Shown here: piece after piece, positions 51,830-64,000 of the stretch
Layout: each line of letters opens with the position of its first letter
Numbering within the stretch: the stretch's first letter is position 1
Source: Ptychomitrium polyphyllum
Lineage: Eukaryota
Assembly: GCA_973851085.1 (NCBI GenBank)
Contig: OZ316776.1
Location: 11,160,001-11,224,000 of the forward strand
Length of the DNA stretch: 64,000 nucleotides
Direction of reading: 5' to 3'
Translations under genes and position numbers: made by a program
Notes under the pieces: model-generated
What the model saw: the letters and a program-made list of their open reading frames with translations, nothing else
Told to the model about the DNA's origin: nothing
The model's database searches: none

Positions 51830-54800
51830 TTACGGGCTATCAGACGTGGGCTCCCAAACCGTCATAGCTAGGGAGATATGGTCCTTCCACCCCAACAAGA
51901 ACCAGCTCCCGTCTTCTCCAATACCATATTCTCTATGGTACGATTTCATGGCCGTCCTAATCTTGGCCAAAGTCTCTGAAGAAGCGGGTTTCTGTTGGAA
52001 TCCAGCTCGCGTGGTGCGTGCCTGCCACTGTCTGTAGGTTTCAGAACGCTCCACTCGCTCTAGTCCTTCACAAGCCACTATGTTTAGAATCTCTCGGCCA
52101 ACGATCTCGTGGTCAATGATCTGACGGTCGGGATGCTCTGGAGGGAAGGAGCTCTCCATAGCATCGAAGATGGTTGAGAAGTGGGACAAAGCCTCCCAGA
52201 AGCGGGACATGAAAAAGGGTGCGTTGTAGCCCGCGTTGAAAACACCTTGTACAAACACCTTCAAAATAACAACCCAATTGCTTAAATGTAAGGACGCTCA
52301 TTTGCAGGAGATACGGTAATCACATCTAAAATAGACCATATACCTATATGTTACACCTAAAATCTTAGACAACCAAGTCATATCGATGATGAAGTAATAT
52401 ACTAATCCTGAAATTTGTTTCGAGTCAATCTAGCAGTCAAACTTTGAGAATTCATGCGATATTCACGATATCCTTATATACATTAATATCCCTTTTCAGA
52501 TCCTAACAATAATCTATAAAACTAGGTCAGCCTATTGTATGCTCAGTTGCTTGGTTGTGTGACTACGTTATGTGAACACTGCAAGATAAAATACTCCAGT
52601 GGTTACTTTATACGAAATTGGAGTATAAATAGAGATAGAAAATTGTAAATTTTTAGTGGTTTTGGAAATGAAGGAGGCAGGTGGAAATACCTTAGGATTC
52701 AGGCTTTTTATTCTGCTCAGGACCAGGTTACGTGGGCTTGCTGCTGTCACAGACTCGTCCAGAAGGTGGCGGAACCTGAACATGCAATTGACTGCAAGGA
52801 CTTCATCCTCTCTCAAAAGAAGATGGGTGGGAGTGATTGCCTCCCACTTCTCAGCAATGGCGTGGAACTCGAAGGGCACTCCCATATCCTTTGCAAGCCT
52901 GGCCAAGCGCCGTCCTGTATCCTGGATTCTTGCTGAGGGCCTGAACCCAGGTTGAGGCCGATCAATACCTGTAACACAATTATAAGAATATCGAGTTACT
53001 AATAAGTGTTGGAAATTTCAAGGATAAGAAAACTATGAGTTGACAAATACACCAAAAAAATTGTTGCATCGATACCGTTCTAAGTCTGAATTCTAGACTG
53101 ACTCAGTACATGAAGTACGTCATACCTGTGATTCGAAGGTGTGGTGGTCCACCAGGGCGCTGTGAGAGCTGATAGAGCAGGCACGGCCACTGCACTCCAT
53201 AAAGGATGCCATAATCAACAATATGAACCCGAGGAGCATCCTTGAAGGCTTCCATAATGGAATGATTGGCAAAGACATGTGGCACTTGGATGAAAGGGCA
53301 ATGCTCACAAAACAGCATTTGTGCCCTCAGCATTTGAGCTTCTGAAGGGCGATTGTTAGACAAAGCTGAGTAGAGCTGTCCACCAGTTCCTGACATTCTG
53401 GCAACCTGAGAAACACAAGAAACAAAATACCTATTATGAACTGTCCTCAAGGTAGAAGACTGTTTTAATAGGAAATTAAATCTAAAAGGTCATGATATAA
53501 GTCTTACCAAATGGTGTGTCAATTAAAATATCCGAAATTTTAAGATAGTTTGAGCAGCGAAAAGGTAGGAGTCCAAGAAAACAAACCAGAGCTTCCATGA
53601 AATAATGAGCCATGCGCTGAGATCCATTTCCATACGCTGACGAATGTTGTCGAAGTTCGTTGATTAACTCATTAGCATGACCAAAGTCAGATTGCTCCAC
53701 TGCTTCCGCACATCTGGTCCCAACACAATTGCAAGAACTTTTGGTAACCCCAGGTCTCAAGAATTCACCGAGCAACCCAACCTAAACTTTAAAAGCGTCA
53801 CATGTGTGGAAAAGTAAAGGTCCTACACATCATGCTTGGAACATCCCAAGTTACGCCAACCTCACAAACAGGATATCTAAAAAATGTAAATAGGAACACT
53901 TGAAACAAGACCTGATGAGAAGGTTGGTCAAATCCACGGGCGGAACATGTTGTCCTCTGTTAGTCGACGACGGAGCAACAGGCGGAGCAACAAGCAACCT
54001 GCGTCCGCTTCCATCTTCACGACCATGAACGAAATTCTCAGAATCGACTCCAGACGAGCTAGAGTTCCCATACAAAGATGAATTTTGGCACTCTGCAGTT
54101 CCAGAATCCCTTTCCTTTTCTTCATTCCAATGAGCATTGGCACATGATTGTGGATCTGTATGAGAACAGAAATCACCAGAACCATATTCATGCTTGGGTT
54201 TCGAGCCTGAGCTATCTCTGAGCTCCCCTGGGATTGGGCCACTCAGAATCTCATCAATCCAGCTGTCAACAAGGTTAACATCGTCCTCCACATGAAACTC
54301 CGGACTCGTGGTGTTATCAGCTGAAGGCACTGAAACACCCCGATATGGTGCTGAGAGAGAGTCATCTGAAGGTGGATTAGAGTCATATGACACTTCGGTG
54401 TCATCCGAAATAAGGTCCCCAAGCTCCTTCGCCATGGCCTGATAAGCGCTTATTTCAACAAACATACACTTCTTCTCCTCCATCTTCTCGTCCATCAGCA
54501 TTTCTGAAATATACGAAAACATGGGTGCATTCTCTTGTTGCACCTCTACCTCGGCTGCAACCTCGGTGTCAAGGTATGATGGAGTTCCTGAAGGCTCATT
54601 GTAGAAAGAGGGATAGGAAAATTCTTCCTCAGGAGTTTCTGGTGTAGTTCGATGACTGGATCCTGAGAAGCTATACGAGGTGGAAAGATGCCCGAAGTCA
54701 GAATACTCTGAAGAATCACTCGACTGAGGAACCACACTCGCAGATAATGACCGATGCCGAAAATCAGAAACCTCTGAGGAATCACTCGACTGCTGAACCA

Positions 54801-55233
54801 CACTCGCAGATAATGACCGTTGTGTCTGACTCATCAGCTGAGGCATCTTTTTCTGAACAATATTTTCACCAAACATGGCATTCATGCATATAGCTTTTTT
54901 CTCTTTCACTAGTGGATCAAGTGGAACTTGTTGCTCCCCTTCTTCGAAAACAGAGAAAATCATTGCCTTCTTCTCCTCCTCAACATTAGCAAGCTCTGGG
55001 AACAGAGATGATAAAGACTTCAATGCAGAGAGAGCTGACGGTCTCGCTGGTTCAGCCCCCGTTGACATCCGTGAGGGCCAAGTACTCTGGTTGCTGGAAG
55101 CTGATGTGAAGCTCCGCTTCTGAGCTTTGGGCATCTGGGTTTGAAGCCATGCTTGTTGTAGTTGTGAGGCCAGTGGAGACACCTCCCCTGATCCTCCAGA
55201 ACCTCCTGACCTTCCATGCTTACTCCCAGCCAT
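51830..55233 (-). CDS. GRAS transcription factor, LISCL/SCL9-SCL14 subfamily
   Basis: Exons 55233-53912, 53713-53587, 53405-53126, 52968-52691 and 52258-51830. The N-terminus carries MFSYISEMLMDEKMEEKKCMF. GRAS motifs: DLTNLLIRCAEAV, GNGSQRMAHYF, RVHIVDYGILYGVQWP, LRITGIDRPQPGFRP, LLDESV...SPRN, YNAPFFMSRFWEAL, ACEGLERVERSETYRQWQ, LLGWKD and a terminal W. Confidence 0.95.
54688..54819 (-). repeat. 66-bp (22-aa) in-frame tandem duplication in the GRAS N-terminus
   Basis: RSLSASVVQQSSDSSEVSDFRH / RSLSASVVPQSSDSSEYSDFGH; units 54754-54819 and 54688-54753. Confidence 0.92.
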
Positions 55234-58200
55234 GGCTGTGATCACGTCAAGGGGAACTTCAGTGGATCACGACACTTTCACTGGGGTTCCAAATGACTTC
55301 TATCGAGTTTTCTCTAGTTTTCTCTAATTTCTTTCCTAGTTTTTACGAGTTTTCCTAGCGTTCCAATTGAGTATTTTCTGTTGCATTGAGCTACTGGTTC
55401 TTGTCTTGCTTTGCTCCAATCTTTCACCTTCTTACTATATCCACTTGTCCTTTAACCCGTGTCACTTGGTGTTTTGGTCTTTTATATGTTCTGCTCTAAT
55501 CTACGGCCCCTTTCCCAGTACGGTGTCCTTACTAACAAGCAGATATCATTTTTAGAAGGGCTGATAGTTTAGTGCAAGCCTTCCTTCAAAAATAATTTTC
55601 TGCAATCATAAACAATACAGAAAACAAAACGTGAGAACGCAACTCTAGGTTTCCTAACAGCGAACTCCAAAACATATCGGCACCTGCTCCTCTGGAGAAT
55701 CTTGTTCTACTCCATAAATATACTAAACTCCTGAATCTAATTACTCACCGAATTCTGTTCCATATAAAAAATTCTCCAGGAAAACCTCTGGAAAGCAACA
55801 TGGTTCTAGAGGGCTCATTTATTCACCATGTCGACCCCTGGCTTACCAACAAAACTGTAAGTAAATTATGTATACTACTTGCCTCCTAAACCATCAACGA
55901 GTTGCTTAAACCAACTAGTACCATAATCCCATTCGAAAGACCCCCAAAGTTTTGTCCCATTTCTAAATATTCCTACAAGCCTACATCCCTGAGATAGCTC
56001 TGAGGATCTCAGCTTCAAAATTTTGCAACACCTCAGCTACTGAATATTCGTACATCTATCAGCGCCTGCAATGCCTGAGGACCACTCTGGTAATCAAAAA
56101 CTGCAAGCTTTTTGACTGTTCCTCAACGTTACATGCTATTAAATTTACAGCAGGTTAAGGCAGCAACACGACATGACAACCCTGCAGTTCCGATACTCAG
56201 ACTCCTTCTCTGGTTGATTATAAACCTGCCCGCGAAAGACTAACTCTGTTCATAGTACCCTCCACTAAAAGATGACTAGCCCAGCAGGTGCAAATTGACA
56301 GTCAACTCTCTGAGAAAGAAACCAACAAATTGCTAAGCGCTTCTCGAAAACGTTAGTGGTGCCGAGGCAAGCCTGGTCTGCTTGTGTGGTGCTCTAGGTG
56401 ATTGAGTCTTATGACTGGTTTGACTCTCTAGAGATGACGCCAAGATATGTCCACAGAGTTTGCAGTCTTCTGAAGGAAGGCTGCAGTAACACCCAACTTC
56501 GCTCACACCTCACACTGACCCGCACAGGAAAGCCTACCGAGTTCTGAGTATCTAGCCATTTCAACAACGCGCCATGACCACCGAGATATTTGTTTCCTAA
56601 ACACACTTGCCTCCAAACTTCCGCGACCTACTGAAGTACAGAGGAAACGCAAACTCGGAACTCACAGCGACTACACATCGTCGTGAAAATTTCCAGCTCC
56701 AAAAAATAAAACCCGCACAACCCTGCAAACTGAACCGGAATTAAGTTCAGAGCAGAGCTCAGGGTGTAGCTCAAGCTGAACTTCATTAAATACCAAGGAC
56801 CTATAGACTAAACTGCAACTCACCACAACAACCTCTCAAAGAGCCTCAAAAGGCAACACTCAAACCCCAGAGTAACCGAATTTCACCATTCCCCTGGCCA
56901 CCCGCTCCAGTCAAAACTCAACCACCTGAGCCCCTATCTCACTACACCAGCTTCCAAAGAAACGTTTCGTTCCATACCGAAATGCCAAGCTAGCTAAACG
57001 AGACCCAAGAGAACAAAACGAAAATTCAGAAAAGCACAGAACTATAAGCATCTCCTCTACAACAGAGATGACGACAGTGCACCAGACACACCTACCTCAA
57101 CAGGAACACTGCAGCATGACCATAGACCGATCCCCGAAGTGGTTGGCCTTGCCTGCCTTGCCTGGAGGCTCATCCCACAGGCTTCCGCTCCGCATTATTG
57201 CAGCAGCAGGCGCATCGGCGGCCGACTTGTCGCGAGCGAGAGAGGAGGATCGTAAATGGCAACCAACGCAAAGCACCTGCATAGCCTCCCCTCGCTCAGA
57301 CCCAGGCTCCTCACGCATGTGCATGGCCGCACGGCCACATGGCCGCATGGCCTCCAACATCTACACTTTTACCTTTAATCTTCCCCCCGGACACATCCCC
57401 AACATCTACGCCTTTCGCTATCCCGTCGCCTTCCCTGCCCAAAGTATACAGCTTCCCCCAGATCGCCGTGCAGTCCTACGTCCACAGCCAACACTTAACC
57501 CTCTTAGTTCTGATCTTCATGCCCACCCCAGTTACAAGTCTACGCTTTCAGGCATTTGATCTACACCATCCGTAGAATCTACTGTTGTCATATTAGCCTT
57601 CATCCCCCTCATGTCCAAAATCTACGCATGTGGTTCTAATCTTCTCACTGCATGGGGCCCGAGTAGTTTCTGTGAGGTGAGCCATTTACGATTGTCGTAC
57701 GTCAGGTTTCGGAATAGAAGGCTATGTAGATCTTTTAGCCCAGCTGTTTGCTTAGGTGGAAACTGTGTTGTACCAGCATGAGTGTCATGAAAGGTGCAGT
57801 AGCTTTGGGAAGATCTTTCTAGAACATGGGCACTATTGAAGCTCCTCCACTCTGCTAAGCTTTATATAACCGGTGGGGATCCCTATCTCACTGTTTGAGT
57901 GCCCGTATATCTTTTTTGTTGTTCCATGTCTGGAAGTTTGGTATTTTTATATGTTGGTTAGGCAGGTGTTTTGTGCGGAAATAGTGTCTTAGAAGCTTGG
58001 GAAGCAAGGGATGGAGTCATTGGCTTGGATTTCCAGGAACCAGAGAGTAACTTAACTGGAAGGTGACCTTCCTGTGCTTGTTCCCGTAATGAGGGAGCAC
58101 TGTGTCAACTCAATTGACTAGAAAGTTTTTAGCTGATGGATTTATCACTCGGTGCAGCATTCTCACAAGTTGTGCTATCCAGCTCATCCGCTGTACTGCT

Positions 58201-61200
58201 GCGAGGAAATGGAGATTCCAAACTTTGGTGCTTTCCAATATCTTTGAGCATATAAGGCCATATCACCTTGCAAATAAGATATTCTGCTGTCCGGTTCAAT
58301 GATTTCGGCAGAGGTAGAAGGTGTGCAGGTGTTTCTATAAAAAAATCCCTTGGGTCTTAGATACAGCATTTCATTTTGCAGGGGAAAAACCTAAGCAAAA
58401 CGAACTTACTGCAACACTAAATGTTGTTTAACATTCTTTTTCTGATTTTATTTATTTCTTATATTCTGATTTTTGTTTTTCATTTTCTGGATTTTTTCAC
58501 ATTATTATTTCATGTGTACTTTAGTACGTAGTAATGTATATTGAGTAAATTTTTTGTAACTGTCCCTATTAGCAAATCTAAGTTTGAAATGGAACAATTT
58601 CTATGAGATCTTTGTTTTATAGAAGATGTTTAAACTTGATAGGAATAAAATTTTCATATATGCTTAGAGTCTTTACTAAATTATTGAAGTTGAAAGTAGT
58701 AGGATTTTTAATAAAAGGATACTTCTTAATACCACAACAAAAAGAATTTATAACACTTGTAAATAGTCATTGGTGCTTTGTTTAATTCCATTGTTAGTTT
58801 TAGGTCTAATTGTGCTCATGATAAAAAATTGTACATATATCTTTATACAATATTCTTCAATTTAATCAAAATTAAAAGACCTTGCTAAAGAAGAAAAATT
58901 AAACACAAATATTAGATTTGATAACAAAATGAAATTCTTACAATTATTTTCAAGAAGGAAGAATTTGTAAAGAATGGTATATACTATATTCAACAAAAGC
59001 TGTGTTTTATATTATTCTATAAATTAGATATTGACACTTAATCTTCAATGGTTTTCTAGAAAAAATAAGATCCATTACTATAAACTATAAACTATATAAT
59101 TATTTGTACACCTAAATTTTGTAAGATGAAAGCTCTAATACGTCAATTTATAACTACTTTATGACAAGTAATAAATACATTTCACATCGCAAAGCTTCGT
59201 CCTTATGAATATAAAAAAATTAGAACATAACAGTAAAATGTCTTCATTCAAATGATACTGAGGACCACATCATCAAATCATTTCTTATTCTGTCCTTACA
59301 GAAAAAACATCTTCCCCCAAAGTCACACTCTATTGCACTGAAAACTGCTCATAGTATCACTGCACCTTCTCTACAAAGGGAAATCCATACGAAGACTCAC
59401 TGTCGCCAAACAGAGATATTTCAGGACAATACACTTCAATTCTGTTCCAAAGAATGAAGAACGCTGAAAGCGTCCTTACCAGTACATCCTGTTCACTGAA
59501 AATGCTTGCGAGAATTCTGCCCAGTATAGAAGTTTTTCTACTTCAGGAAATACAGCATACGGAGTGGAGTGTACATACAGTACTGTATTCTACGAACTCT
59601 GAAGTGCGGGTTCGGAAGACTGCATGGTTTTGGCGGTATCCTATAGAAACTTACCATACCGTACAGTGAATTTACGGTGGGTCCCGCCTGGTTTTGCCAC
59701 CAGAATGGCTGTGGTTGACATCAGTACCAAAAAGTAGTCTAAGGCTCTTTTAGATTTCTAGAGCCCCTGTCATTAAGTCCCCATAAGGTTGTTTGACATG
59801 ACCCGGGTATCTGCATTTGGCGCTGATCCATAGAAATTAGAGGCTTCAAGTATAATTTTTGTCATTTGTGAGATCTCTGCATAGCCACCACGGAGAAGTT
59901 GGGAGGCACATTACCCTACTCACATTGCAGGTTCGTTACATTTTCAGAAAAAACCTTAGAATTGGATTTCACCACAATAAATGTTCTATTATTTCCCTCT
60001 TTTACCTTACAAAAATAAAACTTCAAACTTTTTGCCATTTACTTTTGGAGCATCCTATGGTAATGAGCGGAAGTGGAGAATGGGTCCTTTAAATTGTGGA
60101 GATGTGGTATATTGTTAAACATGGAATGATGAAGTGGTGTTCATAGAAAGGGAGGGTGAAATTACATTTGTTTTGAATAGAAATTTGTAATGGTGATAGG
60201 CTTGACATATAGTGCGCTTTGAATTGGATTGTAGTGGTTACATGTAAAGAATATATGACAAATAAAGAATTAATTTGTGACAATGATGAACTCTAATTTT
60301 GTATCACTTATTGAAACTTAATGGCAATGTTTTTAAATAATACATGATTATTAATGGTTCATTCTTCATTGATTTTTCAAAATCTTAAATTGTATTTTTT
60401 TATAAATATTTCTCTAACTTCTTACCATATTCAAATAGTCTTGATACATATTATGTTGATTACAAGCTAATATATCTTATTTTTTATAGATTCATATATC
60501 AACAATAGGCTCTTAGACATTTTTATAAATGTCAAGGTATCTTTATCATTTGACAAGCAATTATTCTATCAAAGTAATGAACTAATTTAAAAATAAATCT
60601 AGCTGCTTACAACTTTTGAACTTTTAAAACTTTATATTTATAGTTCCATATATTAATGCTAAATTTAGAATTGAAAGATAAATATACAAAATATAATCTA
60701 GCCTCTATAAGTGCTACATGTATATAAGTTATATTAAATTAGTGGTTAAAACTTTAAGCATCTAAATTCATGCCACAAATATGAAATATAAGTCAATTTC
60801 TAGGTTTAAATAGGTTCAATTTAGACCTTATAATATTTCATTTTATTTAAATGTTTTTTTTTCATAAAAAAAATATATCAACGTCATTTCTTCTATAAAT
60901 TAAACTTATGAAAGAATTTCACATTTATATACATTCTTCTAATTTAAACAAGTTCATCCAATTTATAATTTTAAAATACCTTCTTATAATAATGGAAGTG
61001 AAATATGAAATTACAAATAACTTCAAATTTGATTTTCATCAATTACAACAATCATCAAAAAAGATTTTAGGTTTTGTAAAGCAAAAGCGTCCAAAATTAA
61101 AACCTCTTGTATCAAAAAAATTGTTAAATATTTACAATCCTTTGGTTTTATTTGAGATTTTCTTTACATAAAATATGCTTCATTCATAATCTAATTTAAT

Positions 61201-62708
61201 AAAATTTCATTGCAATAAAACACCAAATAGAATAAAAATCAATTCATAAAACTTTAGAAATTAAAACATAGACCAATTTTTAATTTAATCTTTGAATTCA
61301 AACTTATGTATTGTTTGAATAATGTAATTTGATAATAATAAATGCCCTGAAGAATGTTTAGAAAATTTTATGATGTAAAGATTTATAATGATTTGTTTGA
61401 AGTAGAACTTTGTAGAATATTTTGCTATGGATTTACAAACAAAGATCATAAAGCTTAATATTTCCATATGCCTAAATTTATTAGAATCATCATTAATTTT
61501 TAAAAGTATTTTTTGAAATTAAAGTACAAAACTTCTTTATAATACATAATAGACCATATAATATCAAAATTTGTTTGAAGATTTTAGTAATTAATTTGAT
61601 TTGTAAAAGTTTTATTATGATTATTCTTAAATGTTTAAAATTTTAATCAAAATTTTTATTATTAGGTGGAACAATATTTTTTACTAAAATATAACCTAAT
61701 ATACTCTTACTTATAAAGTTGCTGCAAATTCAATAAATTGCTTTTAAGGTTCATTTTGTTTTCATTTTCTGTTCACTATAATTTTATTTTTTAAAAAAAT
61801 TAATAGAATAAATTATGATCTATAATGATGATAAAATTACTGACAAATTAGCCTATGTAAATATCCTTTTAAATTATTATAACTTCTAAGGTTGAATTTT
61901 AGAAGAAAATACCAATTCCAATTTTAAAATTCCATTTTATTTTTTAGTGACTGGAACAATTTGCCATTGCATTGGATAAAGAAAAAAGAAAACATGTTTT
62001 ATACAAATTGCATTGAATACATGTCGCAATTAAGTAAGAAGAAATTGAAAATCAAAAAATAGTATATAGTCCCATATATTTTTGTACATATTTATTTACC
62101 TTGGTATAATAACAAAAGAATACTTGTAGATAAAATGGAATAATACTTGAGTACATGATGTTTAAGGCTTAGTAATATAATATATAATGCTCAAATCCAT
62201 GTGTATGGGAACACTATTGGCTTGAATTACATTGGAGTTCTAATAAGTTTTGTGGCTAGAATTCAAAAAAAAGGTTTGCATCAACTCTTTTTTATGTTCA
62301 TTACTAAATCAACTCCTAATTATTCTAGTTACTAATATTCAAATCCAAAATGACTAAAAATATTAATGAATTTGCCTTCAACATGACTTACCACTTAGGT
62401 CTTTCTATACTTGCATATGGCAATAAAACATGCATTGCAATGGCAAAAGGGAATTTTGTAGAATTTAGTGTTAAAAGACTAGACAATGTGAATAGTGCAG
62501 TACTACTTACAAAAAATAGGGCAGAACGTCAAAAATTTAACATGGAGCAAGTCAATATTAATACTTAACATGATGTTGTGTAGTTATCCAGAAGAGCTAT
62601 CAGAATTCAATACATTTTGAAGGACAAAATATTGCTAAGTTGTTCATAACGCATGGATTTTACAATCCGTTACCTTTATCAGGACAACGCTACTCAGTTC
62701 CTCATATT

Positions 62709-63168
62709 CCACTCTGTGCCACTAATAGCTACAAATTATATCGAATTTGCTTGACTTTTTAGTTTTTTCTTCTGGATGAAAAACCAGACGTTAAACGCTT
62801 GTAGGAAAAAAGTAGGATTGAATGGATAAATATAAGTTTGCGTCCAGAACGTGGTTGAATGCTGGAATATTTTACTTTAACAGGACACTTTCTTATCCTT
62901 CCGATTCATTTGTCGACCAGGGAAAAGGAAAAGGAAGCCCTTGTCTTGTGCGAGTCATGTGCACAAGTAAGCTGTTATGTGCCTAAACTCTTGCATGACA
63001 CCTGTAGTCTCCGAGATACACTCGACACAGAATATCTTGCTTGCATGGGCATAGGAGGGCTCTCTGCAATATCACTCATGTTTGGACGATGCTTTTGTTC
63101 CATCCGGCAGGGGCAAGAGATGCTTGGTTTCTGGGTGGGGCAGAGGTGTTACTAGTGGCACAGAGTGG
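62709..63168. repeat. Perfect 16-bp inverted repeat pair CCACTCTGTGCCACTA / TAGTGGCACAGAGTGG
   Basis: 62709-62724 and 63153-63168 are exact reverse complements, about 430 nt apart. The right arm is preceded by AC, giving ACTAGTGG, which resembles a CACTA-type terminus. Confidence 0.75.
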
Positions 63169-64000
63169 GCTTCTCCTTTGAAAACAAATTCCGGGACGTG
63201 GAAGGTGATTTTGTTCCCAAGTGTAGCATTTCTAGTATCAGGATGATTTCAGACCTATATGAAGTTTGAATGGTTTTCTTTTACGGTTGGTATGTCTTTG
63301 AAGTGGTTTAGACGAAAGATGCTACGTGCAATGGTGCGTTGAGTTGTTTGGAAGCATGCATACCTTAAAGATTCTGCTTGTATTTTGAGCCTTAGTGTAT
63401 GCGAAGCTTAATCAGTGGTCGTGGTGAGTTAGGTGCTGCAAGTGCTCATGAGAGGCTTTCGTTGAGAGCAGGCATTGTTGTTTCTTTTCATATCACTTTG
63501 GAGAATGCGGAGCTATTATTTTGGTGAGATTTCTTTGAGCTGCATTACCAATTTAGTCTATGAACCTGTGCTTTTAGCATGGTGGCAACTTTTCTCGCCG
63601 GTGTCTAGAGACTCCCTCATCCAAATTTTTGAGGGAGGACGATTTTCATCGTGTTGGGAGCAAGAAACATAAGTTTGTGCATATCAATGTTGCAGTTTCC
63701 ATCGAGTTCAAGCAAAAGGTGTCCTCATTTGTACGGATGTTATGCGTCCATGCACACCTGGTTACTCTACCCTCTGAAATATGTGGGGAGCTTGTGAGTC
63801 TAGCAAATTTACGGAAGGATTTCCACGGTTCATTTTACATGATCTAAGAAGTGGAAGATGTACAGCTGAGCATAGGTGACTACCGCAATTTGCCACGACG
63901 CACATTTTGAAGCAGAGCTCTTCTCCAGTTAACGGGAGATTAGTTGTAGCCGAGATGCGTGCATGACGTTTTGTGAGAATCTGTGTGGCGTTTGAGTAAA

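Noticed and set aside
63629..64000. Short LRR-like (LVTLPSEIC) and helicase-like (GVLICTDV) snippets
   Set aside because: They are in different frames, contain stops and are too short to call; the region is cut by the window end.
1..64000. tRNA, rRNA, CRISPR array, telomerase RNA, intact LTR or transposase genes
   Set aside because: By eye I found no cloverleaf, repeat-spacer array, USE+TATA Pol III unit with a template, or RT/integrase/transposase ORF. A covariance-model scan could still find something I missed.

Overview
Eukaryotic plant DNA, most likely a moss: spliced GT-AG genes sit in GC-richer islands between very AT-rich, CpG-poor spacers, and the proteins look land-plant-like. The species cannot be fixed from sequence alone. 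Six genes look intact: a PHIP1/nucleolin-like RRM+zinc-knuckle gene (-), a full-length ABCB/P-glycoprotein transporter (-), an AP-1/AP-2 beta-adaptin (-), a SELENOF/Sep15 homologue without selenocysteine (+), a TM + charged-helix + MYND-finger protein resembling the UBP15-19 N-terminus but lacking the protease domain (-), and an intron-containing LISCL/SCL14-type GRAS factor (-). Between them lie several decayed genes: XCT/XAP5, a multi-TM protein, a PPR remnant and one unidentified frame. The best hidden signal is a cluster of four box C/D snoRNA-like genes (two duplicated pairs) inside intron 2 of the RRM gene. Each has C/D boxes, a terminal stem and a guide complementary to conserved 25S rRNA, and a telo-box lies just upstream. 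Family names and rRNA positions come from memory and need database confirmation.
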